A DNA stretch of 64,000 nt from Sumerlaeia bacterium (GTDB lineage Bacteria > Sumerlaeota > Sumerlaeia > SLMS01 > JAHLLQ01): NCBI GenBank assembly GCA_040219255.1, contig JAVJSW010000042.1, positions 96,001-160,000 on the forward strand, in the 5' to 3' direction. A program made the translations under genes and the position numbers. The notes under the pieces are model-generated. The model had not been told where the DNA came from. It worked only from the letters and a program-made list of their open reading frames with translations, and searched no databases. This document shows, piece after piece, positions 35,561 to 44,176 of this stretch (position 1 is its first letter; each line of letters starts with the position of its first letter).

Positions 35561-38500
35561 TTAGCGCAAAGTGGAAACCCCGCCCCCCTTCGCCGCCTCA
35601 TAATTCCCATCCAACCCCGGCCCCAGCAGCAGCAACTCCGCGATCCGCCGCACCATCGCCGTGACGTGGCGCGCCTCCTCTGGGCGCAGGGCGCGGCCCA
35701 GGACCTTTTCTTCGCGGTAGGAAAGCCACTTCTTCACCACCAGATAACCCCCCAGCGTGTAGTCCCAGACCTGCTCCGGCACGTTGCGCCAAGTGGCGGC
35801 GTCGGAGAGGAACACGTCGTGGGTGCGATGGCCCAGCAGCGCCAAGGCCGTGTCGAGATCGAGGCCCGCCGCCTCTGCCCCGGTGGCGAGGGCGGCTTGC
35901 TCGTCGAGGGCGAAGTCGCGCTCCTCGGAGCGGCCCTTGGCGGGCATGATGGCGCCCTTGGGAGTGCGGTAGCCCCAGTTCGCCCGAACGGCGAGGTCGC
36001 GGTCCGGGTCCAGGCGGTCCTTGCCGCGCGGCGTCAGCACCCCCATCTCCCGCAGGTGCGCCGCGATGGCGCCCGATGTGACCCCCTGCACGTCCGCTTC
36101 CGGGTCCAGCAGCGCCGCCACCCGCCGCCCCAGGGCCTCCGACGCCTCCAGCACGGCGCGGTCGCGGGGCAGCGGCACCCGGGGCCAGTCCTGCCGCAAC
36201 GCCCCGGCGTTCTCCTGCCGATAGCGCGGGCTGTGGAGGATCGCCAGCGCGTGGAAGAACAGCGCCTCGGGCCCGGCGCCGAGGCCGGCGAGGTAGCGGG
36301 CGGCGGCGTCGGAGAGGTTGGTGGAGGGCTCGGCGGTGGGAGTGTCGAAGAGGTCGCCGGTGTCGGTCGGGGCGAGGCGCAGAGGGAAGAGGAGACTGCA
36401 ATTCTCGATCAGGTGGAAAGAGCAAGGGGAACGTGAAACGAGCGGCGGATAGAAGCCTTTTCTCGGACGCTGCCCCGACACGAGCCAAAGGTTGTCCAAT
36501 GTAAAATGCGGAAACGACTCGCTCCGCTTTTCTTCCACAAGCTTGGTTTCTGGCTCCCAGTAGAGGGAGCGGAGATCGAACGGGCGGTGTAGGTAGGAAC
36601 GCACCCGGTCGGGAAGAAAGCCTCGTTGGAGAAGCTGGCTCCTTGCATCCTTCGCTGGAAATCTGCCCGTCTCCTTCGCCGCACAAGGAACCTGGGCCGC
36701 AAGTGCTGCGTCGTCAACTTCCGGGTCGAAATACATCTCCATGCGTTCGACTAAAGCCTCCTGGTCGTGATCCACCAAAAGCTCGTCTCGCGCCGTGATG
36801 ATGCCCGGGAAGGACACCGGGAACAACTCCGGCAGCTTCGGCCACTCGAAATACCCCTCGCTCGTCTGCGAGGGCAGGAAGGGGAAGCCAAGAGGGGCTT
36901 CCGGTTCCACCCGCCGATAGCCGCCTTCGCCTGTCTCTTCCAGACTGCGCAACATGGCATCGCGGCGGTCCGAAGCGCGGGCCTCGTGGAAGTCTCGATA
37001 ACGGACCTCCGCACCATTGCTTCCTCCCGGCTCTTTGCGAACCAGAAGTCCGATTCCCGTCCCCACCTTGATTCCGAGGGATTGCCCCTGGATGGCGAAG
37101 ACCGTCTCGCTGATCTTGCCTTCCGGGTTGTATTCCGAAATGATCCGGTTGCCGTGAAGATTGTCGATCCACACCCGGTCGAACACGTCCAGGTAGCGGT
37201 GGCGCATCACCGGGAACGAAAGGCCATCGAGCCAGGAGTAATTCGAGATGTAGCAGACGATCCCTTGGCCGCTGTCCTCGACGATCTTGTGCTCGGCCAT
37301 GCGGAAGAAGCGGACGTAGAGGTCGTTGAGGCCCTGGCCCTGGGGTTTGGGCACGTCGCGGGCGGGCGGGGTGCGATAGGCTTCCGAGAGGTCGCGCTCC
37401 TCCTCCATGCGGGCGATGCCCGCAAAGCCGTTGTAGGGCGGGTTGCCGAGGATGACGAGGATCTGCTTGTCGCGCTTGACCGCGTTGGCGGCGTCCCGCT
37501 CGGAGGCGAGTTCGGGGAAGGCGGCGAGGTCGTCGAGGCGGGTCTGCTGGGCGATGCGCTCCTCCGCCTTGCCCTCCTTGCCGCGCACCAGGACGCGCTT
37601 CTTCGCGGCATCCGGCGGCGCCCAGCCCGTCAGGGCGTTGGTGAGGAAGATGCCCGCGCGCTCGTTGTCGTCCTGGCGCAGCGCGGCGCCGTGCTTCTGC
37701 AATTCCAGGCCGATCTGGAGGTGGGCGACGACAAAGGGGGCGGGCAGCAGCTCGAAGCCGAAGACGCGCTCGCAGGCGGCGCGGCGCAGGTCGGTGCCGA
37801 GGAGGGCGTCGTCCTCGCCGTTGGCCTCCAGCGTGTGGCGGATGGTCCGCAGCACCTCGACCAGGAAAGCGCCCGTGCCGCAGCAGGGGTCCAGCACCGT
37901 GACGCGCGGGTCGGCGAGGCCGCTGGCGATGCCCAGTTCCTCGCGCAGCGCCCGGTCCACCCGGGCCACCATGTAGCGGACGATCTCGCGCGGGGTGTAC
38001 CAGACGCCGAGGTCTTTGCGCAGGTCCGGGTCGAACGCCTGGAGGAACGGCTCGTAGAAGTATTGGACGGCGTCCTCGTCACGAAAGCGGGCGAAGAACT
38101 CGGACCGGTCCACGCGATTGAGGGCGGCGGCGGTCCAGTCGAGGACTTCCTCAAGGTCCAGGGGCCGAAGGCTGGTGGGCGAGGCGATCTGGCCGAAGAG
38201 GGCGGAAATCATGGGCACCCGCAGGGTCCAGCCCGCCAGGCGCCAATCGAAACGGGCTTCGCGCCCCGGGTTCTCGCGCGACCACAGCACCCAGGCGGAG
38301 AAGATGCCGTAGAACAGCGTCTGCACCAGGGTGGAGCGAAAGAAGGCGTCGCCCTTCTCGTCCTCGAAGCGGATGCCGAGGGCGCCTTCCATGGCTTTGC
38401 GGACGTGAACCAGGGCGTCCAGATGGGCCTTCGCATCGACGCGGGCCTTGGCGTCGCGGGCGTAGCTGGCGAGGAACCAGGCGAGGTCTTCCGGCGAACG

Positions 38501-39049
38501 CAGCGGCGCGTTGTGCGAGAGGACGCGGCGGAGGAACTCCAGCAGCAGCGGGCCGCGCTCCTCTGCGGTGGCCCGGGCGCGGGCGGCGCATTGCCAGAAG
38601 TCGCGTTCGGAGTCGGCGAACTGGAAGCGTTCGAGGACGCGCGGCTTGGTGTCCGGCCCCCGGCCGACCAGCAGGAAGTCGCGGAAGTTGGTGACGAGGA
38701 CCGTGCCGTAGGCGTCGAGGTACTTGGCGACCTGGGGGCTGGCGGCGGTGGTGGTGGCGTCCTCGAAGGGGCTCTTGACCTCGATGGCGCCGCGTTCGGG
38801 GGCAGGGGCGGTCTCGGCGAACGCCTGCAAATCCTCGCCCTTGCGGAACTGCTGGGCCGTGAAGAGGCCGCCGTCGGGAATGCCCGCGCCCCGGCTGCGA
38901 AGCTGCATCACGGCCTCGACCTTCGGCGAGAGGTCGCGGCCCACGGCGGAGAGAAGCGCCTGGAGCGGGCCATAGAAGGAGGTTTCCTTCGTGCCGCCAG
39001 CGGCGCGGGCGTGGGAGATGTCTCGGAGGAATTGCTCGACGGGCGACAC
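35561..39049 (-). CDS. Single-chain restriction-modification enzyme (Type IIG/IIL-like: PD-(D/E)XK nuclease + N6-adenine MTase + Type ISP-like specificity domain; no helicase)
   Basis: N-terminal IPDG...AIEVK; GVWYTP, LDPCCGTGAF (motif I), ILGNPPY (motif IV); C-terminal DWPRVP, VWDYTLGGYLVVKKWLSYR. Confidence 0.88.
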   Translation of the reverse strand: MSPVEQFLRDISHARAAGGTKETSFYGPLQALLSAVGRDLSPKVEAVMQLRSRGAGIPDGGLFTAQQFRKGEDLQAFAETAPAPERGAIEVKSPFEDATTTAASPQVAKYLDAYGTVLVTNFRDFLLVGRGPDTKPRVLERFQFADSERDFWQCAARARATAEERGPLLLEFLRRVLSHNAPLRSPEDLAWFLASYARDAKARVDAKAHLDALVHVRKAMEGALGIRFEDEKGDAFFRSTLVQTLFYGIFSAWVLWSRENPGREARFDWRLAGWTLRVPMISALFGQIASPTSLRPLDLEEVLDWTAAALNRVDRSEFFARFRDEDAVQYFYEPFLQAFDPDLRKDLGVWYTPREIVRYMVARVDRALREELGIASGLADPRVTVLDPCCGTGAFLVEVLRTIRHTLEANGEDDALLGTDLRRAACERVFGFELLPAPFVVAHLQIGLELQKHGAALRQDDNERAGIFLTNALTGWAPPDAAKKRVLVRGKEGKAEERIAQQTRLDDLAAFPELASERDAANAVKRDKQILVILGNPPYNGFAGIARMEEERDLSEAYRTPPARDVPKPQGQGLNDLYVRFFRMAEHKIVEDSGQGIVCYISNYSWLDGLSFPVMRHRYLDVFDRVWIDNLHGNRIISEYNPEGKISETVFAIQGQSLGIKVGTGIGLLVRKEPGGSNGAEVRYRDFHEARASDRRDAMLRSLEETGEGGYRRVEPEAPLGFPFLPSQTSEGYFEWPKLPELFPVSFPGIITARDELLVDHDQEALVERMEMYFDPEVDDAALAAQVPCAAKETGRFPAKDARSQLLQRGFLPDRVRSYLHRPFDLRSLYWEPETKLVEEKRSESFPHFTLDNLWLVSGQRPRKGFYPPLVSRSPCSFHLIENCSLLFPLRLAPTDTGDLFDTPTAEPSTNLSDAAARYLAGLGAGPEALFFHALAILHSPRYRQENAGALRQDWPRVPLPRDRAVLEASEALGRRVAALLDPEADVQGVTSGAIAAHLREMGVLTPRGKDRLDPDRDLAVRANWGYRTPKGAIMPAKGRSEERDFALDEQAALATGAEAAGLDLDTALALLGHRTHDVFLSDAATWRNVPEQVWDYTLGGYLVVKKWLSYREEKVLGRALRPEEARHVTAMVRRIAELLLLGPGLDGNYEAAKGGGVSTLR

Positions 39050-39157
39050 GGCGTGGGGGCGGCTCCTGGAAGGAGAAGAATCAGGAGCGACTTTGAAACC
39101 GGGAACGCAACCGGCGCAAGCGTTCCCGCCGCCGGATGAATTCGCGGTGGGACAAAC

Positions 39158-39189
39158 GAAAAACGCCGCCTGAAACCGGGCGGCGAAAA
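39158..39189 (-). terminator. Rho-independent terminator after tRNA-Thr
   Basis: Minus strand CGCCGCC-cggtttca-GGCGGCG followed by TTTTT. Confidence 0.7.
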
Positions 39190-39210
39190 GTTCTGTCAGT
39201 TGAAGTTGCG

Positions 39211-39285
39211 TGGAGCCGATGGTCAGATTCGAACTGACGACCTACGCATTACGAGTGCGTTGCTCTACCCCTGAGCTACATCGGC
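39211..39285 (-). tRNA. tRNA-Thr (anticodon CGT)
   Basis: Reverse complement GCCGATGTAGCTCAGGGGTAGAGCAACGCACTCGTAATGCGTAGGTCGTCAGTTCGAATCTGACCATCGGCTCCA. Confidence 0.96.
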
Positions 39286-39376
39286 TCGCTGTCCCGTCAA
39301 CTTGGGGGTTGGACTGACGGGGCCGTGGAGTGAACGAAAAAAGCCGGGGGGCTGTCAAGCGCGGAGTGAGGCCGAA

Positions 39377-40381
39377 TCACAAAATCTGTTCGACGTCGAT
39401 GTGGGCCGTTGAGAAGATGTGGTTGAGCACCGTGGCCATGGAGCCGACGGGGCCGCTTTCGGGGCCGAGGTCGCAGGTGGCGACTTCGATGGAGTCTTGC
39501 AGTTTGAGTTTCTTGAGCTGGCCGTGCAGTTCCTTGATCGATTCGTCGAGGTTTTCGTTCTTCGAGGCGCTGAAGATGATGGCTTCGGGATCGAAGAGGG
39601 GAATGAGTTGGGCGATGGACTTGGCCAGTTCTTTCGGATTGGCGGCGCCATCCAGTGTGCCGGCGCCCCCGGAGACGCCTTTGTAAATGCGCTTGTTGAT
39701 CACGAGGACGGCTTCCGCTTCGCCATCGGTGTCGGCGTAAATGAAGGTCTGGTAGGACTTCGCGGCGCCGAACCAGAGGGAGCCGAGGGCCATGACGCGG
39801 GCGCGGGTTTCGTGCAGCACGGGAACGCCGAAGCTGCGGCCGAGGGCGACGCGGACGGCGTTGCCGCTTTCTCCGGAGATTCCGAGGCCGATGCCGGAGA
39901 GGGGCGGGATTTCCTCCTCGCCTTTATAGGACGAGGCGGCCTTCTGGGCGATTTCGCAGATCGCGTTTCCAAAGCCTTCGCCGCTGCCGCTGGGGCGGGG
40001 GTGGCTTTCCCGGACCAGGACCTCGCCGTTGAGATCGGCGTAGATGCAGGTGACCTTTTCCGGCCCGACATCGATGCCGAGCACCATGGCGGCCCGGGCG
40101 TTGAGGGTGCACGGGATGGGGCGCCGGCCGCGGGCGGTTTTCTTCGCTTCGCCCTGAATCACCAGACCCGCGTCGACGAGTTCGTCGACCAGGAAGGTGA
40201 CGCTCGGCAGGTTGTAGCCGATCAGTTTGGCGATGTCGGCGCGGGAGAGCGGGCCGAAATCGCGGATCACGCGCAGGACGCTGTGCTTGCGGATGCGCTT
40301 CTTCTCGATGGAGCGGTCCATCGGGGTGTCGGTCCGGGGGACCAGGATGAGATCGGGGCGGATGGAAACTTCGGTCATCAC
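39377..40381 (-). CDS. ROK-family transcriptional regulator with shortened effector domain
   Basis: HTH GPLSRADIAK...VDELVDAGLV, RGRRP, VLGIDVG; lacks ExGH and CxCGxxGC. Confidence 0.8.
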   Translation of the reverse strand: MMTEVSIRPDLILVPRTDTPMDRSIEKKRIRKHSVLRVIRDFGPLSRADIAKLIGYNLPSVTFLVDELVDAGLVIQGEAKKTARGRRPIPCTLNARAAMVLGIDVGPEKVTCIYADLNGEVLVRESHPRPSGSGEGFGNAICEIAQKAASSYKGEEEIPPLSGIGLGISGESGNAVRVALGRSFGVPVLHETRARVMALGSLWFGAAKSYQTFIYADTDGEAEAVLVINKRIYKGVSGGAGTLDGAANPKELAKSIAQLIPLFDPEAIIFSASKNENLDESIKELHGQLKKLKLQDSIEVATCDLGPESGPVGSMATVLNHIFSTAHIDVEQIL

Positions 40382-40522
40382 GGTTCGGGCAGCCTCGGAA
40401 AAGGAAATCGGAAATTTAATTCCACAGTGGCTAGTGGCACCTATTCTCCGACATATTACACCCTTTTTCTAACCATCCCCCCATGTGGGGAAAGGTTTTT
40501 TTCGAAAAAAGGACGGCCCAAG

Positions 40523-42199
40523 TCAGGAAGCACTGAGTTTTCTGTACCTGGCGCGTCGGTTCTCGAAGAGCCCGCTACCCAGTTCTTTCTTCCGCCACTC
40601 CTCGTAATCGCGGAAATTCCCTTCGAAGAACCGAACCTGGCCCTCGCCTTCAAACGCCAGGATGTGCGTGCAGATCCGGTCGAGGAAGAAACGGTCGTGG
40701 CTGATGACCATTACGCAGCCGCCGAAACCGAGAATGGCTTCTTCGAGAAGCCGCAGGGTGTTGACGTCGAGGTCGTTGGTCGGTTCGTCGAGCAGCAGGA
40801 CGTTGCCGCCTTCTTTCAGGAGTTTCGCCAGATGGACGCGGTTGCGTTCGCCGCCGGAAAGGTCGGTCACCGGCTTTTCCTGGTCGCCGCCGCTGAAGCC
40901 AAATCGCGAGGCGTATTTGCGGGCGTTGACCACTTGTTTGCCGAGGGAGATCTCGGTCTTGCCGCCGCTGATCTCGGCAATCACCGAATTCGCGCTGTTC
41001 AGGTCGTCGCGGCCTTGGCTGACGTAGGACAGCTTGACCGTCGAGCCGACCTTGACCTCGCCAGCGTCGGGTTTTTCTTCGCCGACGATCATGCGGAACA
41101 GCGTGGTCTTGCCCGCCCCGTTGGGGCCGACGACGCCGACGACGGCGCCGGGAGGCAGGTTGAAGTCCAAGCCATCGATCAGCAGTTGATCGCCATAGGA
41201 TTTCTTGACGTTCTTGAATTCCACGACCTGATCGCCCAGGTGTGGGCCCGGCGCCACGGTGATGACGCGTTCGTCGGTTTCCTGGGCTTCCTGGGCGACC
41301 AGGCGCTCGTAATCGGCCAGGCGCTGGCGGCTCAGATCGCGGCGGTCCTTGTTGGACATCTTGATCCAGCCCAGCTCGTTCTCGAGAGCCCGGCGCTTGG
41401 CCGAGGCTTTCTTCTCGCCCTGCGCCATGCGGCCCAGCTTCTGCTCGAGCCAGGAGGAGTAGCTGCCCTCGAAGGGGATGCCTTTGCCGTGGTCGAGTTC
41501 GAGGATCCACTTCGTGATGTTATCGAGAAAATAACGGTCGTGGGTCACCACGATCACGGTGCCGGGGTATTCCTTCAGGCGCTCTTCCAGCCAATCGACG
41601 GTTTCCGGGTCGAGGTGGTTGGTGGGTTCGTCGAGAAGGAGCAGGTCAGGCTGCTCGAGAAGGGCGCGGGCCAGGGCCACGCGGCGCTTCTCGCCGCCTG
41701 AGAGGTGCTTGACCACACGGTCGTCGGGCGGCAGAACGAGCGCGTTGCTGGCTTGGGCGAGTTTCTGGTCGAGGTTCCAGGCGTCGGCGGCGTCGAGCTT
41801 GTCCTGAAGAACGCCCATGCGCTCCATGGCGTCGTTCATGTCGTCATCGGAAAGGTCCGGGTCGCTCATCTTCGCGGTGCAGTCGTCGTACTCGGCCATG
41901 AGCTTGACGATGTCGGCGAAGGCCAATTCGAGATTCTCGCGAACGGTCTTGTCTTCGTCGAGCTTTGGCTCCTGGGGAACGTAGCCGCGCTCGTAGCCGC
42001 GGGAGAGGTCCGCCCTGCCCTGGAAATCGTCGTCCCGGCCGGCCATGATGCGCAGCACCGTGGTCTTGCCCGATCCGTTTTCGCCGACGATGCCGATTTT
42101 GGCGCCGGGAAAGAAACAGAGGTTGATGTCTTTGAGAACCTGCTTCTGGCCGTAATACTTATTCAGGCCGAGCATGGTGAAGATATACTGATCTGCCAT
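40523..42199 (-). CDS. ettA: Energy-dependent translational throttle protein (ABC-F)
   Basis: MADQYIFTM, FFPGAKIG, two ABC cassettes (GENGSGKT, GPNGAGKT), LSGGERNRVHLAK, ISHDRFFLDRICTHILAFEG. Confidence 0.95.
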   Translation of the reverse strand: MADQYIFTMLGLNKYYGQKQVLKDINLCFFPGAKIGIVGENGSGKTTVLRIMAGRDDDFQGRADLSRGYERGYVPQEPKLDEDKTVRENLELAFADIVKLMAEYDDCTAKMSDPDLSDDDMNDAMERMGVLQDKLDAADAWNLDQKLAQASNALVLPPDDRVVKHLSGGEKRRVALARALLEQPDLLLLDEPTNHLDPETVDWLEERLKEYPGTVIVVTHDRYFLDNITKWILELDHGKGIPFEGSYSSWLEQKLGRMAQGEKKASAKRRALENELGWIKMSNKDRRDLSRQRLADYERLVAQEAQETDERVITVAPGPHLGDQVVEFKNVKKSYGDQLLIDGLDFNLPPGAVVGVVGPNGAGKTTLFRMIVGEEKPDAGEVKVGSTVKLSYVSQGRDDLNSANSVIAEISGGKTEISLGKQVVNARKYASRFGFSGGDQEKPVTDLSGGERNRVHLAKLLKEGGNVLLLDEPTNDLDVNTLRLLEEAILGFGGCVMVISHDRFFLDRICTHILAFEGEGQVRFFEGNFRDYEEWRKKELGSGLFENRRARYRKLSAS

Positions 42200-42317
42200 G
42201 GAGCATTCCTAATCCTTGGATAAACCGTCCTCGATTTCGAGGCGTCGGAGGTTGCGGCAAGCCGAGGCTGGGCTTCAAGGCTTTCGATGACGGTTTTCGA
42301 CGCAGTGGGAAAATGAC

Positions 42318-42788
42318 TCACGCGACGCCGGAATGGCCGAAGCCACCGGCGCCCCGGGCGGTTTCTTGCAGGTGGCCCGCCTCGCGCGCGTCCATCGCGG
42401 CCACGCGAGCCAGCACCAACTGCGCGATGCGTTCGCCCCGGCGGATGACGAAGGGCCGCTCGCCCAGATTGATCAGCAAGATGCCCAACTCGCCCCGGTA
42501 ATCGCTATCGATGGTGCCGGGAGAATTGGTAAGGCCGATTCGGAACCGGCGGCTCAGGCCGCTGCGGGGGCGGACTTGGATTTCGTAGCCCGGCGGCACC
42601 GCCAGGCGAAGCCCCGTGGGGATGGTGTCCGCCTGACCGGGCAGAAGAACCCGCGGCGCCAACACCGCGGCCCGCACATCCGCCCCGGCGCTGCCGTCCG
42701 TGGCCAGGCTCGGCAGTTCCAGACCGGCCCCGTGGGGCAGACGCTCGAACGGCACGACGATTCCTGTTTGTCCGCCAGCGTCAGCCAA
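42318..42788 (-). CDS. dut: dUTP diphosphatase
   Basis: Five motifs: AGAD, RPRSGL, GTIDSDYRGE, GERIAQL, RGAGGFGHSG. Confidence 0.95.
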   Translation of the reverse strand: MADAGGQTGIVVPFERLPHGAGLELPSLATDGSAGADVRAAVLAPRVLLPGQADTIPTGLRLAVPPGYEIQVRPRSGLSRRFRIGLTNSPGTIDSDYRGELGILLINLGERPFVIRRGERIAQLVLARVAAMDAREAGHLQETARGAGGFGHSGVA

Positions 42789-43875
42789 TGATGCCGCCCT
42801 TGTCGCCGGAGGACGTGATGCCGGCGATGAATCTCTTCATGGCGTAGAAGTCGTTGCAGAAATGCCGGCCTTCGTCGACGCTGATGCGCTTCTCGCGAAT
42901 CAGATCGGCGAGGGCTTGATCCATCGTCTGCATGCCCTCTTCGCGCCCACCCATCACCGGACCGATGTCGGAAATGCGATCCTCGGAAATAAGCTTCTTC
43001 ACCGTCGCGGTGCAGACCAGGATTTCCAGAGCGGCGGCGCGCCCCTTACCATCCAGCGTCTTGGTCAGGCGCTGGGTGATGGCGGCGTTGAGGTTGAGCG
43101 ACAACTGCTCGCGCAGCAGATCGTGTTCTTCCTGCGGGAAGTTGCCGATGATGCGCTGAATCGTGTGCACCGCGCCGGTGGTGTGCAGGGTCGAGAAAAG
43201 CAGGTGGCCCGTTTCCGCCGCCTTGATGGCGATACGGATAGTTTCCCGGTCGCGCATTTCGCCCACCAGAATCACGTCCGGGTCCGAGCGCATCGCTTGC
43301 TTGAGGGCGGTGTCGAAGTTGAACACGTCCTGGCCGACTTCACGCTGGCTGATGACGCACTTCTTGTTCGAGTAGCGGAACTCGATCGGATCCTCGATGG
43401 TGATGATACGGCGCGCTTCCGTCGTGTTCAAATGGTTGATCATCGCGGCCAGCGTGGTGGACTTGCCCGAACCGGTAATGCCGGTGACCAGCACCATGCC
43501 GCGGTGGTCCGAAGCGATCGTCTTGAGCGTGTCCGGCAGACCGAAGTCCTCGATGGTCGGAATCTGCAGCGGAATGTTCCGCAGCGTCGCACACAGTTTA
43601 CCGTCCGTGTAATAGACGACGACGCGGAAGCGGGCCATGTTCTCCAACTGATACGAGCAGTCCACGCCGCGCTCTTCCTCGAGCCTGTGGCGCAGATGCT
43701 CGGGCATGATTTCTTTCAAAACGTCCTGCATGTCCTTGTGGGTCATGGGGGGCGTTTCCACATGTTTGAGTTCGCCGCGGATCCGGAAAACGGGTTTGTT
43801 GCCCTCCATGATGTGGATGTCGGAGGCTTTGTTCTGAACGGCTCCCGCGAAGAGGGCTTTGAAATTGATCGGCAT
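42781..43875 (-). CDS. pilT: PilT/PilU family type IV pilus retraction ATPase
   Basis: ASDIH, GITGSGKSTT, TIEDPIE, DPDVILVGEMRD, AETGHL, STLHT, GMQTMDQ. Confidence 0.85.
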   Translation of the reverse strand: MPINFKALFAGAVQNKASDIHIMEGNKPVFRIRGELKHVETPPMTHKDMQDVLKEIMPEHLRHRLEEERGVDCSYQLENMARFRVVVYYTDGKLCATLRNIPLQIPTIEDFGLPDTLKTIASDHRGMVLVTGITGSGKSTTLAAMINHLNTTEARRIITIEDPIEFRYSNKKCVISQREVGQDVFNFDTALKQAMRSDPDVILVGEMRDRETIRIAIKAAETGHLLFSTLHTTGAVHTIQRIIGNFPQEEHDLLREQLSLNLNAAITQRLTKTLDGKGRAAALEILVCTATVKKLISEDRISDIGPVMGGREEGMQTMDQALADLIREKRISVDEGRHFCNDFYAMKRFIAGITSSGDKGGIIG

Positions 43876-44044
43876 GAAGTGATTCGCCTTTGAGTGATTG
43901 AAGAATTGAGCGGCAAATAAATAGACCTGAACTAATGGAGACGACGGCCACCACGGGCAAGGGAAACCCTGACCCGGAGCCGAAAACCCGGCGGCTCCCA
44001 TCCCCGGCCGCGACTCCCCGATGAAACGGCCTATGACGCGATCC

Positions 44045-44067
44045 TGACACTCGCCCGCGAGATGTCA
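44045..44067. promoter_or_regulatory. Palindrome overlapping a TTGACA -35 box (minus strand) in the divergent pilT / wecA-like intergenic region
   Basis: TGACA-CTCGC-CC-GCGAG-A-TGTCA. Confidence 0.35.
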
Positions 44068-44176
44068 AATCCGAATCCGGCGCCACGATCTGGCGATTGA
44101 CGCATCCGGGCAATTGTCCACCCTTGCACCCGGATCGCCGACTTTCGGTGCCGGACCTGACCAAAGATTACGCCTC

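Noticed and set aside
35326-35610. 94-aa minus-strand ORF downstream of the RM gene
   Set aside because: Overlaps the RM end, has atypical composition and no recognisable motif; more likely non-coding or a remnant
35254-39285. Prophage or integrative element at tRNA-Thr
   Set aside because: No integrase, phage genes or attL/attR duplication seen
43945-44000. c-di-GMP-I riboswitch upstream of pilT
   Set aside because: The GAAA-looped stems are on the strand opposite pilT and the conserved GCAAA and P1 features are absent
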